This document shows positions 21,134-33,074 of a stretch of DNA of 64,000 nt, in pieces; the first letter of the stretch is position 1, and every line of letters starts with the position of its first letter. A program made the translations under genes and the position numbers. The DNA comes from the human T2T-CHM13v2.0 reference genome, Homo sapiens, in the NCBI RefSeq assembly GCF_009914755.1, contig NC_060938.1; one strand, written 5' to 3'. Under the pieces are notes generated by a model. It did no database searches and had not been told where the DNA came from. It saw only the letters and a program-made list of their open reading frames with translations.

Positions 21134-21766
21134 CACAGTACTTTTCTTTATGACCAGCTTGCCTATCACCAGTTGCTTAGGAGAATGACTTACCACTATT
21201 AAATAAGTAAATTCCAGGAATGGGCCCTGTGACTTTGATTTGAGGCCCATGTTTGAAACCTATTTGTTTTTTTTGTTTTCAATATCATATTAATAGATAT
21301 GGCAGTTCATTTCTGATTGACAGTCACACAGGCCTCTTAATGAATCATGATTTCAGCCATTCCAGAGGATGACTGCCTCCAAAGTGAATTTCATGTACTA
21401 GTTATCAGGCCTTTGTTAACTACCCTTCCCCCAAACTTGAGAGAAATCTGTCCAGCAATTTGGTAGTAGATAGAAACTTCACTGATTTATATAGGTGAGG
21501 ATTTTCCAGCATTTAGAGTAAGTCATTATTTTAGCTATTTTAGTTAAAAACATAGGGAACATGAGAGTTAATCATACTATTCAATTTACTTTTGTGTAGT
21601 TTGAAAATTTTTATAATAAGAAGTTTTAAGGAAGTGTATGGTGCCCAGGTTGTCGTACATTTTGAATTAGGATCCTAAGAGTTATCTATTTCTTTGTGAT
21701 TGACTTTGAAGTTTTTCTCTCTGGTTTGCCTTCCAGATTCCACTGATCTCTGACTTTTCTCTTCAG

Positions 21767-22098
21767 GTAATTTATGCTGCCAGGGATGCCCAGATTTCAG
21801 TGGCTCTCTTTCTTCATCTTCTTGGATACCCTTTCTCTAGGAATTCACCTGGAGAAAAAAACGATGACCACAGTAGCTGGAGAAAAGTCTTGGAAAAATG
21901 CCAGGGTGTGGTCGACATCCCATTTCGAAGCAAAGGAATGAGCAGATTGGGAGAAGAGGTTAATGGGGAAGCAACAGAATCTCAGCAGAAGCCAAGAAAT
22001 AAGAAGTCTAAGATGGATGGGATGGTGCCAGGCAACCACCAAGGGAGAGACCCCAGAAAACATAAAAGAAAGCCTCTGGGGGTGGGCTATTCTGCCAG
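21767..22098 (+). CDS. EXD2: EXD2 coding exon (aa 240-350): ExoIII YxxxD motif (Y242/D246) and basic linker
   Basis: ctcttcag|GTA ATT TAT GCT GCC AGG GAT (VIYAARD); donor AG|gtaact; 332 nt. Confidence 0.97.
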
Positions 22099-23112
22099 GT
22101 AACTGAATCACTCCCTGTCTAGTAAAGAGTCAGTGGCCCAGCCTTAGCAAAGGGTTTGATGCTTCCCTGGGGTCTGGGGAGAAGGCTTGTAGTAGGGGAG
22201 CAGCAGCTCTCCAGGGGTTAATCTTGCTTTTTCTTTCCATCAGAGACATTTGGTCTCTCCTTTGCTTTATTTGTGTATTTTTCTCCTTTTCCCTTATTTT
22301 ACCTTTTTATTTATTGACAGTTGGGGTGGAAATGAGGAAAGCTTAGCTTAGTTCTGTCATTGACCCTGATGTGACCTTAGGCCTTAACTTCTCCAACTGT
22401 AAATGGGGATATAATTATCATTCCTTCCTTGTTTCAGGCTAGCTGTGGAAAATAAATAACATGTAGTGCCTCATACTTTTCAGGAGAAATGCATCATCTG
22501 ATTTCTTGTTCATATGTTATTTGATTATTTAGAATGACATCCAGCTCCAAGAAAATGTTACTCTCTAGCCAATGAAAAATGTCCTGTATAACTTATTCCT
22601 CTATTGTAGGAAGATGACTAATAAGTACTTTGGAGCATAAATTTGGTCCCTGTAGCAAAGTGCCTTTAGGAATTAATTGGATGATTAAATTGAAGGAAGT
22701 GTTACTGCATGTGAGTTAGAAGTAAATCCACATGGCCCTCATTACTTTGGCTTGAACTTTAAAATTTTTAATGTACTTTGTTTAATCCAGTGATTTGGCA
22801 GTTTTCTTGTTGCTTGGTTCTTTTTTGCATTCACAGCAGAGCTGTGTGTAAACCACTTGACACACTCCCTAATGTCCTAGTCCATAAGTGTAAAAACTAG
22901 AGGCATAAACTCATTCATTTTTAGTTCTGTTTCCTAGCCCAGTGCAGGTGAGGATTAAACATGGTTTCTCACTCTGTTTTTTCCATAGTGGTGTGTTTGA
23001 CCTTAGTGTTGAGAATAGTTTTGAGTCACTCAGAAGAGAGCATGGGAAGGCAACAGACATTTTGACCCACAGTTAGCTTCCGGTTTGAGATTTCTCTTTC
23101 CTTTCCCTGCAG

Positions 23113-23219
23113 AAAATCACCTCTTTATGATAACTGCTTTCTCCATGCTCCTGATGGACAGCCCCTCTGCACTTGTGATAGAAGAAAAGCTCAGTGGTAC
23201 CTGGACAAAGGCATTGGTG
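23113..23219 (+). CDS. EXD2: EXD2 coding exon (aa 350-386)
   Basis: ttccctgcag|A AAA TCA...GGT G|gtatga; 107 nt; KSPLYDNCFLHAPDGQPLCTCDRRKAQWYLDKGIG; read manually, absent from the ORF track. Confidence 0.95.
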
Positions 23220-23473
23220 GTATGAGATTCAGCTGTCCTTGTTTATCTCTAATTAGGTGCATTGGATGCTGGCAGGAGTGGGGAGTGAGATAAGGAAGAG
23301 GGAGGGATAGAAGAAGGCAGAGAGACCGTGAGATGCATGGGACTGGGTAGGCACAACCCAGAAATCATGTTCTCTGCCAGGCCATAGCAGAGAACAGTGA
23401 AGGTAGTGCTGCTTCTTGGGTGTGGTGGTGGGGGCAGGGGGAGCAGTCAAACACTGATGTCTCTTCTCTTAAG

Positions 23474-23609
23474 AGCTGGTGAGTGAAGAGCCCTTTGTGG
23501 TGAAGCTGCGGTTTGAACCTGCAGGAAGGCCCGAATCTCCTGGAGACTATTACTTGATGGTTAAAGAGAACCTGTGTGTAGTGTGTGGCAAGAGAGACTC
23601 CTACATTCG
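23474..23609 (+). CDS. EXD2: EXD2 coding exon (aa 386-431)
   Basis: ctcttctcttaag|AG CTG...ATT CG|gtgagt; 136 nt; ELVSEEPFVVKLRFEP...KENLCVVCGKRDSYIR; phases match both neighbours. Confidence 0.95.
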
Positions 23610-24641
23610 GTGAGTGCAGCATTGGGCCACCCTGGTTGTCTGTGGCAGATGGAAATTGCTTTTGTAGCCATATGCAGAGCCTTTGGGGGCTGTGGCTGAG
23701 TCTGTCCACTTTGGCTGAGAGGCTTGTTCCTAGTATCCAGCTTCCCCAAGAGCTTTGGTATTCTGCCGCCCTTGCTATAGTGGCCCTTACCCCTCCTGAG
23801 CCGTTTCTCAGTTTCTGGAGTGCAACACCATACTCAGTAATGGTCTGTCATGGGGACAGTGGTTCCCTTTTGCTCATGAAAGACTGAAGACCAGTTCCTT
23901 CAGAAGCTGTGTCCCTCTCATCCTCTCTTGACTGGCTCACCAGCTTTTTGAGCCATGGTTTTATTCATGGAGTATCCAGATGTCCTGAAGCCTGCTCTGT
24001 GTTGTAATACTGTTTCACATCAGGGCCCCTGCACTGTGAGGGTGAGGCTGCCGACTACGTCTGAGTGCCCAGACACTTGGGCTTTCTCCCTGGCTTCTGT
24101 GGAGTCACTCACTTTCCTCCTTTCTCCCCTGCAAAGTGAGACAAAGTCATTGCTGCCAAGAGTTTTTCCTGAGAGCTTAGTTCTCCTTAGAAAATAATGA
24201 TGAACCTGGTGAACCAGGGAAATAGATTAAGGTATTCCTCAGATGAAGGAAATTGGCTTTTTCAGGTTCCTAGGCCTTCTTGAGAGAGTTGTTTTCCAGT
24301 TGTCAAAGGCCATTAGAGTATCTTTTCAGTTCTCTGAGACTTTCCCTTCTGGGAGCACAGCCTTCTCAGAGGTTGTTATTAACCTGTCACTATGCTGGCC
24401 CGCCACTGAAGCCCACAGCAGGTGGTCTGTACTTACTTGCAGGAGAGAGGAAGCTAAGACACAGATGGGCTGAGAGTGGAATAGGTGATACTGCCTTTCT
24501 GTGATCTGTGTTGGGCGGTGGTGCCCAAGGCTTCTCAGTCATGGTTAGGCCCCAGTTAGAACCCCAGTAGCCTGTCTGCTGTCTTCCCATGTGCTCTGTC
24601 ATACACTTATGAGCGCTGCTTTCCGGCTGGGCTTGTTCCAG

Positions 24642-24998
24642 GAAGAACGTGATTCCACATGAGTACCGGAAGCACTTCCCCATCGAGATGAAGGACCACA
24701 ACTCCCACGATGTGCTGCTGCTCTGCACCTCCTGCCATGCCATTTCCAACTACTATGACAACCATCTGAAGCAGCAGCTGGCCAAGGAGTTCCAGGCCCC
24801 CATCGGCTCTGAGGAGGGCTTGCGCCTGCTGGAAGATCCTGAGCGCCGGCAGGTGCGTTCTGGGGCCAGGGCCCTGCTCAACGCGGAGAGCCTGCCTACT
24901 CATCGAAAGGAGGAGCTGCTGCAAGCACTCAGAGAGTTTTATAACACAGACGTGGTCACAGAGGAGATGCTTCAAGAGGCTGCCAGCCTGGAGACCAG
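24642..24998 (+). CDS. EXD2: EXD2 coding exon (aa 431-550), HNH-like region and helical segment
   Basis: ttgttccag|G AAG AAC GTG...ACC AG|gtacaa; 357 nt; KNVIPHEYRKHF...LLLCTSCH. Confidence 0.97.
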
Positions 24999-25403
24999 GT
25001 ACAAAGCACAGGAATTGTGGAATGTACCAGGGACATTAACCCTCATTACTTAGTGAGAATGCTTGCCAGGGAGGGGGCATTGGCTGCTTAGGCACAGTGC
25101 CTAGCCTCATGCTTCACCTAGTAGGTGTCTAGTAGTTTAAGATACCTTGGAAGTGGAATAGAACAATCTACTTGAGGAGTTCCTTTCCATAGGAAACTTG
25201 CTTTTGTGAGGTGCCTATCTTTGACCTTTTTAAAGATCATACACTTAATTTCGGTCATTTTTGTGATTAGCGTGCGAGTGCAGTTGTGGTGGAGCTGCAT
25301 CTTACACATTCTATGCAGACGTAAATCCTCATGCCAGCACATGAGATGAAATAATAGTCCAATAACACCCTCGAAGTTCTGAAGTTCCCCATGAGATACA
25401 GTA

Positions 25404-26062
<659 letters not shown>

Positions 26063-26794
26063 TGTGTGGTTTTGTGTCTCCGACTTTATACAGGTCTGTG
26101 AGAACTGTGACTAATGAATTCATGGTTCCTATCTCACCTGCACTCCAGGGTATCGGCTCACTGAATGGAATGTTGAGCAGAATTGCTGTTACTATGTAAA
26201 TTACTTTTCTCTTTTTTCCTTCCTTGCTTTCTCCCTCCTTCTCCATGAGTACATAGTTGAATTCTTGTGACACAATGCAGTATTCTGAAATGAGAAATGA
26301 ATGGGCACGTGGCTCAGATGGTAAGAGCTCTGGGCTACCATGCGCAGTTCTGCCTCCCAACTGTCACTTTTTCCAACAGGACCAGGAGTTGAAATAAGGG
26401 AACTGATAAGTTCACAAAACCTTGAGCGTGATGCTGGTTTTTGTTAACTGAAAAATAAAAAAGTAACTCCAATTATAAGCAAATATTTAATTTTTTTAGA
26501 AAACAAAAATTTTTTTACTCTTATCCATTACTACTGATCCATTACAGATACTGCAAATATTTATTGAACAGTTATTTATAGATATACTATATCTTGCAGC
26601 AAACCAGCTAATAAACTTCACATAAATTGCCTTAATTGTTTCTCATGACAACCCGACAAAGTAGGATTTAGATTTCTTACTGGTTAACTGCTACTATATC
26701 TTAAATTTAAAAAATCTTTCAGGGTTTTAAAAGAATTATAGAATTTTATCCCCATAACTATTTTGTGAGGTTGTAGAATAGATGTTGTTTTGTA

Positions 26795-27038
<244 letters not shown>

Positions 27039-27950
27039 TGAATTGGGTAGATGAATGCTGGACTTGTGACTGAGAAGAACAGTTGTTTGGAGACAGGCAA
27101 GTTAGTGGGAAGCGCATGAGCTAAATATTAATAATAAAGTGTCTGCAGATACCCAGAGACGCCAACACTGCTGGGGTGGCGGGTGTCTTGGGAGGGAGGA
27201 TTGAACATGGGGTATGGATGTAGGGAGAGGAGAGTGTGTGTGGGCAGGGTGCTTCCTTGAGGAAGGTCATCTTTATTCACAGGAGGTGAAAGCACCATTC
27301 ACACAGCATCGGAGCAGTTTTTTAAGGACTCTGCTTAGTTAGGAAGGAGGGAGGCATTCATCTTCTCATTTAATGGCACCATTTGCACAACTGAGCAACC
27401 ATGGAAGCATTTCACTGTGACCGAAACACTTCTCACCACTGTGGCTTGGCATCTTTTTGTGAGAAAAAAGGCTCTAAAGAAATATGCTACCTTGCATTTG
27501 ACATTCAGTTATTAAATTGTGTTGTGAAAAAGTGTAACATGCGGGCCGATTTAACAGCCTCATATAAATACTGTGTCCCAGAATGAACAACTTAAAAGAG
27601 GGGTGAACTGGTCACTGGGTAATCCTGGAAGAAATGGAAGACCAGCATTCTTCATCCATTATCAGCTGGATGGTAGTGCCCCTCTCGTGGGAGCTGAACA
27701 TTATGAAGTGGCCTTCCTGTCAGTAGAGCTCAGAACCCTCAAATACCTTCTGTTGGGATTGCGAGTCGTATGTTCAGACTATAAAAAGGGCAGAGATAAG
27801 AAAGAGGATGTTTCGAAAACACCAAAGTAACTAACCCTTTAGGAGTCCTTCAACCTCCCCAGTTACCCTTGGCGCGCAGCATTTGAAGCTGTCTGTGAGG
27901 CCATCCTGCGCTTGTTTCCCTCAGACACTTTGTTTTTCATGTTTTGGCAG

Positions 27951-28167
27951 AATCTCCAATGAAAACTATGTTCCTCACGGGCTGAAGGTGGTGCAGTGTC
28001 ACAGCCAGGGTGGCCTGCGCTCCCTCATGCAGCTGGAGAGCCGCTGGCGTCAGCACTTCCTGGACTCCATGCAGCCCAAGCACCTGCCCCAGCAGTGGTC
28101 AGTGGACCACAACCATCAGAAGCTGCTCCGGAAATTCGGGGAAGATCTTCCCATCCAGCTGTCTTGA
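27951..28167 (+). CDS. EXD2: EXD2 last coding exon (aa 550-621 plus stop)
   Basis: gttttggcag|A ATC TCC...LPIQLS TGA, immediately followed by TAG. The seven exons sum to 1533 nt = 510 aa + stop, giving 621 aa when V at 15885 is residue 112. Confidence 0.97.
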
Positions 28168-29402
28168 TAGCTGCTTTCCTCCCAGTTAGGACAAGTGGGA
28201 AGCTGGAGCCAAGGTTGAAGAGTCACCTCTTCCCATTTTAGTACATCATTAATTGTCAAAGCCTGTGTGACACAACTCAGAATACTAACCTAGACTAATC
28301 CCAGGATGCTTCTGCTGGAGCAAAGATATTGTTTGAAGGAGAGTTTATGGTTTTGGATTTTAAACGGGCAGGGTCTTTTTTCCTCTCATTTTTGTGGACA
28401 AGAGAGGCCTTCGCCTTTATTTTTACTCTCCCTCTTCTGCTGTCCCTGTGCAGAGGAAAAATGAAGAATTCTCCCAGAAGTGACTTGTCAAGACTTAAAA
28501 AAAATGTTTTTAATGCATTTCTTCCTTGTCTAGTGCCTCGGTTTATCTCTAACAGGGGCTGTCCAGTATATCGGTCCTGTTAGGAGGGGAGAAAAAGTTC
28601 TTCCAAAGGCTGGAGAAGTGAACAAGGAGTCAAATTTATTTTCCCAATTCAACTTCATAATTATCATTTCTTTGGCTTCATGCTCTCCCGTAACTCATGT
28701 GGTTGGGATCCATCCCATCTGGGTCACTTCAGTCTACTTCACGTACTTGAAAAGGCTTTCCTTTACACTTCCAGGACCAAACAGCAACTTCCTGCCACAC
28801 ACTTCCACCCTATCACTGGGAGAAATCCTTTTCTGGACATGAGCCTTTGACCTGGGTGGGGCAGAAAGAACCACAAACTCCATCTCCCAATAGAACTTTG
28901 AAATTCACTCAGCTTTTCCTTTCATGCTGTTTGTTGCCTGCTTGTTGCACTCCTCCTGCCCCAGAACTGCAAGATTTTTAGCTTCACCCCTTTCTGAGAG
29001 TAATGTTATCTTTTATCAGAATCAGTATCAGTTCCCCTGTATTCTGTGCTTCATCGAATTTGCAAGACTGACCTCTTTTAAGCATTTAATTCACTCCCAG
29101 AGTCATCTGGTCAGGTTGCAATATGAGGACTTCTCTGTCTCCTCTGAAGCCTGGGACACTGAGCTTACTTAATACATTAGATGTTCAAAAGAGGAGCGTT
29201 GTTTCATCTTTCAAAATGTTAGGCCATTACTTTGAGTATAAAATCGACTTATTAATGATTAGTAATTTTTCTAAAGTATTGGGAAAACTTTCTTATTTTA
29301 TAAGATCTTAACAAGCTTAAAAAAGAATTTTATGACCAGAATCCAACAAGAGCTCTATTTTGGAATTGTGCCCAAGTTGGTGATGTTTACTCTAAAATTA
29401 AT

Positions 29403-29408
29403 AATAAA
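29403..29408 (+). terminator. Candidate proximal poly(A) signal AATAAA
   Basis: aaattaatAATAAAactac, ~1.2 kb after the stop. Confidence 0.55.
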
Positions 29409-31036
29409 ACTACTTGTAAGCACAAGGCTCACTGGATGTAAATGTAAAACTTCGCGACTTTATAAAACTGGCATTCCTAGGGGAGGGGCTATTTATCCTA
29501 CAGGTCCCTGCCTCCTGGCAGTGCCATGGTATGTGTGCATGGATATACCAGACACAGTCACCATCGGCCATCAGTAGCAGCCCATGAACCCACGTGCACA
29601 TCCTGCATCTTGCTCTTCTGACCCTTCATTCCCACTTGTCTTCAGGCAGGCATTTCTGGGATCTAAACTAGAAATCCTTGAAAACAAATAGTACCAGCCA
29701 CTTTGAGGAATGTGCATTCACTGTAGTGGGTTATTATGGGGTCTCTGCCTCCTGGCTGTGTTATGCGGAGCCCAGGAGTGGAGGAGAGCCGTGGAAATAG
29801 ACAGGGAGAGGCTGGTACTTGGGTTGTGGTAATAGTCAGGCTTGCCACAAGAGGGCACTCATAGATTTGTTTTTATATTCATTCTTGAGAAAAAAGCAAC
29901 TGGTTACTGAACGTAACTCATGACTTATGTTTCAAATTTTGCATAGCTGATTTTAAGTCATTTTGATAGCTTTGCAAGAAAAATTTTTCCTTTGAAACAA
30001 GGGAGTAGGGCTGTTTCATTTTCTTTCCTTCTAATCCTCATGCCAAGAGGTGAGAAACACTTAAGGTCATTTAAGGTGCTAGGGAAAGGGTTTTCCCATG
30101 GAGCTTTCTGTGAGGCGCAGTAAAATAGAGCCAGCAGCAAAGTAGAGGAAAAAGCCAGACTGCGTCACACAAGATTTCTCATCCTTTTCAGGAGAGAGTC
30201 ACTGTGTAGATTTGAATCTTTTTTCTTTGAGTCTGCTTTGAACTTTAGCAGGCTTTTCCTAAGACTGACAATTGTCGTCTTAAATCAGAGATTTGAGGGT
30301 AGACTTATTTTATGGCAAATGTCTATTTTTCTGATATAAAAGTAACAATGCTCATTACAGAAGAATCTAAACAAAGAATAAAAATTAGCCATCTTCTCTC
30401 CATCTAAAACAGAGCTAAACTTTGCTGATATGTTTATGAATTTCCTTTCAGTATTAAAAAGTGCATATAAGGTGTATATTTACACAAAATTGAAGGTCAT
30501 ACATAGATACAGGTTGGTATCCTAACTTTACCCTCTCACTGATTAACATGGTATCACGAGTAACTTCCTATGTTTTTAAATCTTTGAAAATAGATTTCTA
30601 GTGGTTCTACCTTATCCATCCCCACACTGTTGAAAATTTTGGTTGTTTCAGATACTTTTATTATCAATGATGATGTGATAAAGTTTCTTGTATATATCTC
30701 TTTGGCTCTATCTTTGGTAATTTCTTAAGAATGGAATCTTAGAATTGGACTGTGAAGAGGGGGATTCACATTGCTGGGGCTAAGTACAAATTGACATCAC
30801 CTTTTAGGAATGAAATGCTTCTCTTTGACCCTTTAGCTCCAGTGTCCCAGCATAGTCACTGGGCTTCATAGGAGTAGCAGTGAGAGGACAGTGTCACAGC
30901 AAGGGCCTCTCTGCATGCTCCCTGATCATTGTGTTTGCAGGTTCAGCATTTCTTCTTGAGTCCTTCCCTTCTTCCAACCTTATTGCCTCATTTCCCCCTT
31001 GTAGTCAATGTTTTTTGGAAACACTGTTTATTTTAA

Positions 31037-31069
31037 AATAAAAATGTAAAAAAAAGGTAAAAAAATAAA
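31037..31069 (+). terminator. Candidate distal poly(A) signals (two AATAAA)
   Basis: AATAAA at 31037-31042 and 31064-31069, with GT/T-rich sequence downstream (gatgttttttccc). Confidence 0.55.
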
Positions 31070-31697
31070 ATTTTAAATTTTAAAATATAGGCTGTAGGCA
31101 GATGTTTTTTCCCTGCTACACAAACAATTAGTGATTTGCCATCCCAAAGTGAATGAGGCACAATATTCAGGGATTTGTTACGGCTTACGCTTAAGAGCAC
31201 AGCCATAAGTTACTTATTCTTATCCATGTCACGGATAGAGATCAGATGACAAAATGTGTTCTGTTGAAATAAAGCCATTTTAATCATGCATTTTAGACTC
31301 TTAAGAATCCAGCAGGCAGAAAGAGGTTTTGTTCACCTTCCTATTCGCCTATTAGTTTGGGGCCCTAACATTTGACTGTAAGTTAAGTTCTTAGTTTACC
31401 CTGCCTCTCAATTTTTCATTCATTTATTTATCCTTTCTTCCTTTTTTTCCCCTTCCTTATGTCTCAGCCTTATAAGAAGTATCATTTTTTCTTTTAAAGG
31501 AGATATTTTCTCAGTTTGCTAGTTTACTAATTATTATGTATTTTAAATGAATCTTTCTTTCTGGTCTTTTATGTTTCCTATTATAAGATGGTTATTTTTT
31601 GAGAGTACCTAATCCCCTTAGGGATACACTGAGAATCAGTTTCTGTTGGAAGAGATAAACTAAAAGAGGGTATAAGAATGATTCTTGTTTTGATTAA

Positions 31698-32040
<343 letters not shown>

Positions 32041-32764
32041 CCCCCAAATACTTTTGTTTTGGAATTCAGGTATAATTTTCAGGCATTCACCAAGATACCC
32101 CTTGTGCAAGAGCCCAGCACCTTCTGCCTGTCCCAGTCCTGGAGTAGTTTTGCATCAGGCAATGGAGTAGGGATGACGTGCAGCCACACAGCCCATGTGT
32201 TCAAAAGTACCGATTCCACCAGCCTGCTAGGAGACGTATTAGTCACTCCCTTTGCTTGAGGAAGCAAGGCCTTGCTTAAATGCTAGCATGTTATTTAGAA
32301 AGGTGGGAAGTACATTAGACCATTTTTTTTTTAACCAGCTTTATCTGTGGCCAACTCTGGTTGAAGGCCCCTAGAAACTGGGTAACTGGACCAAATGGTT
32401 AATCATTTGAGAGATAATCAAGAACTGCCTTTGCAGAGGAACAGAGTTGTCAAAGGACCTAGTTCATGCATCCTGGGTTGTACCCCCTTCTGATGTGGTG
32501 CAGGCTGCCTCAAAGGTCATTTTGTGTTGTGACTGAATGGAGATAATGTCATACCCTCCAGACTGAACTCAAAGCATTTGCTTTTTGCTATTTGTTATTC
32601 TTGAATTTTTCTCTCTTGCTGGATGGGTAGCCTGTTGCCTTTCTCCCAGCATAAGCTTCAAAAGCTGCCGAGTTTACAGGCAGCATTATTATAAGCATGA
32701 TGTTTGGGTTCAGAAAATTCCTGAGTTGAAATGGCTACTTAGAATCTGCTTCTGCTGCTGCTGC

Positions 32765-33074
32765 TTTTTTTTTTGTTTTTTTTTTTTTTTTGAGACAGAG
32801 TTTTGCTCATGTCATCCAGGCTGGAGTGCAGTGATGCAATCTTGGCTCCCTGCAAACTCTGCCTCCTGGATTTAAGCGAGTCTCCTGCTTCAGCCTCCCA
32901 AGTAGCTGGGGTTACAGGCGTGCACCACCGCACCTGGCTAATTCTTGTATTTTTAGTAGAGACGTGGTTTCACCATGTTGGTCAGGCTGGTCTCGAACTC
33001 CTGACCTTAGGTGATCCGCCCGCCTCAGCCTCCCAAAGTGCTGGGATTACAGGCGTGAGCCATCGCACCCGGCC
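32765..33074 (-). mobile_element. Alu (AluS-like)
   Basis: Poly-T plus full antisense Alu. Confidence 0.95.

Larger units (their letters stand above)
28168..31090 (+). other. EXD2: EXD2 3' UTR (long form; end approximate)
   Basis: Follows the stop codon; largely Alu-free; ends near clustered AATAAA at 31037 and 31064. Confidence 0.6.

Noticed and set aside
28329-29172. 84-aa and 82-aa ORFs in the EXD2 3' UTR
   Set aside because: No domain, codon or splice support; lengths are within chance expectation.
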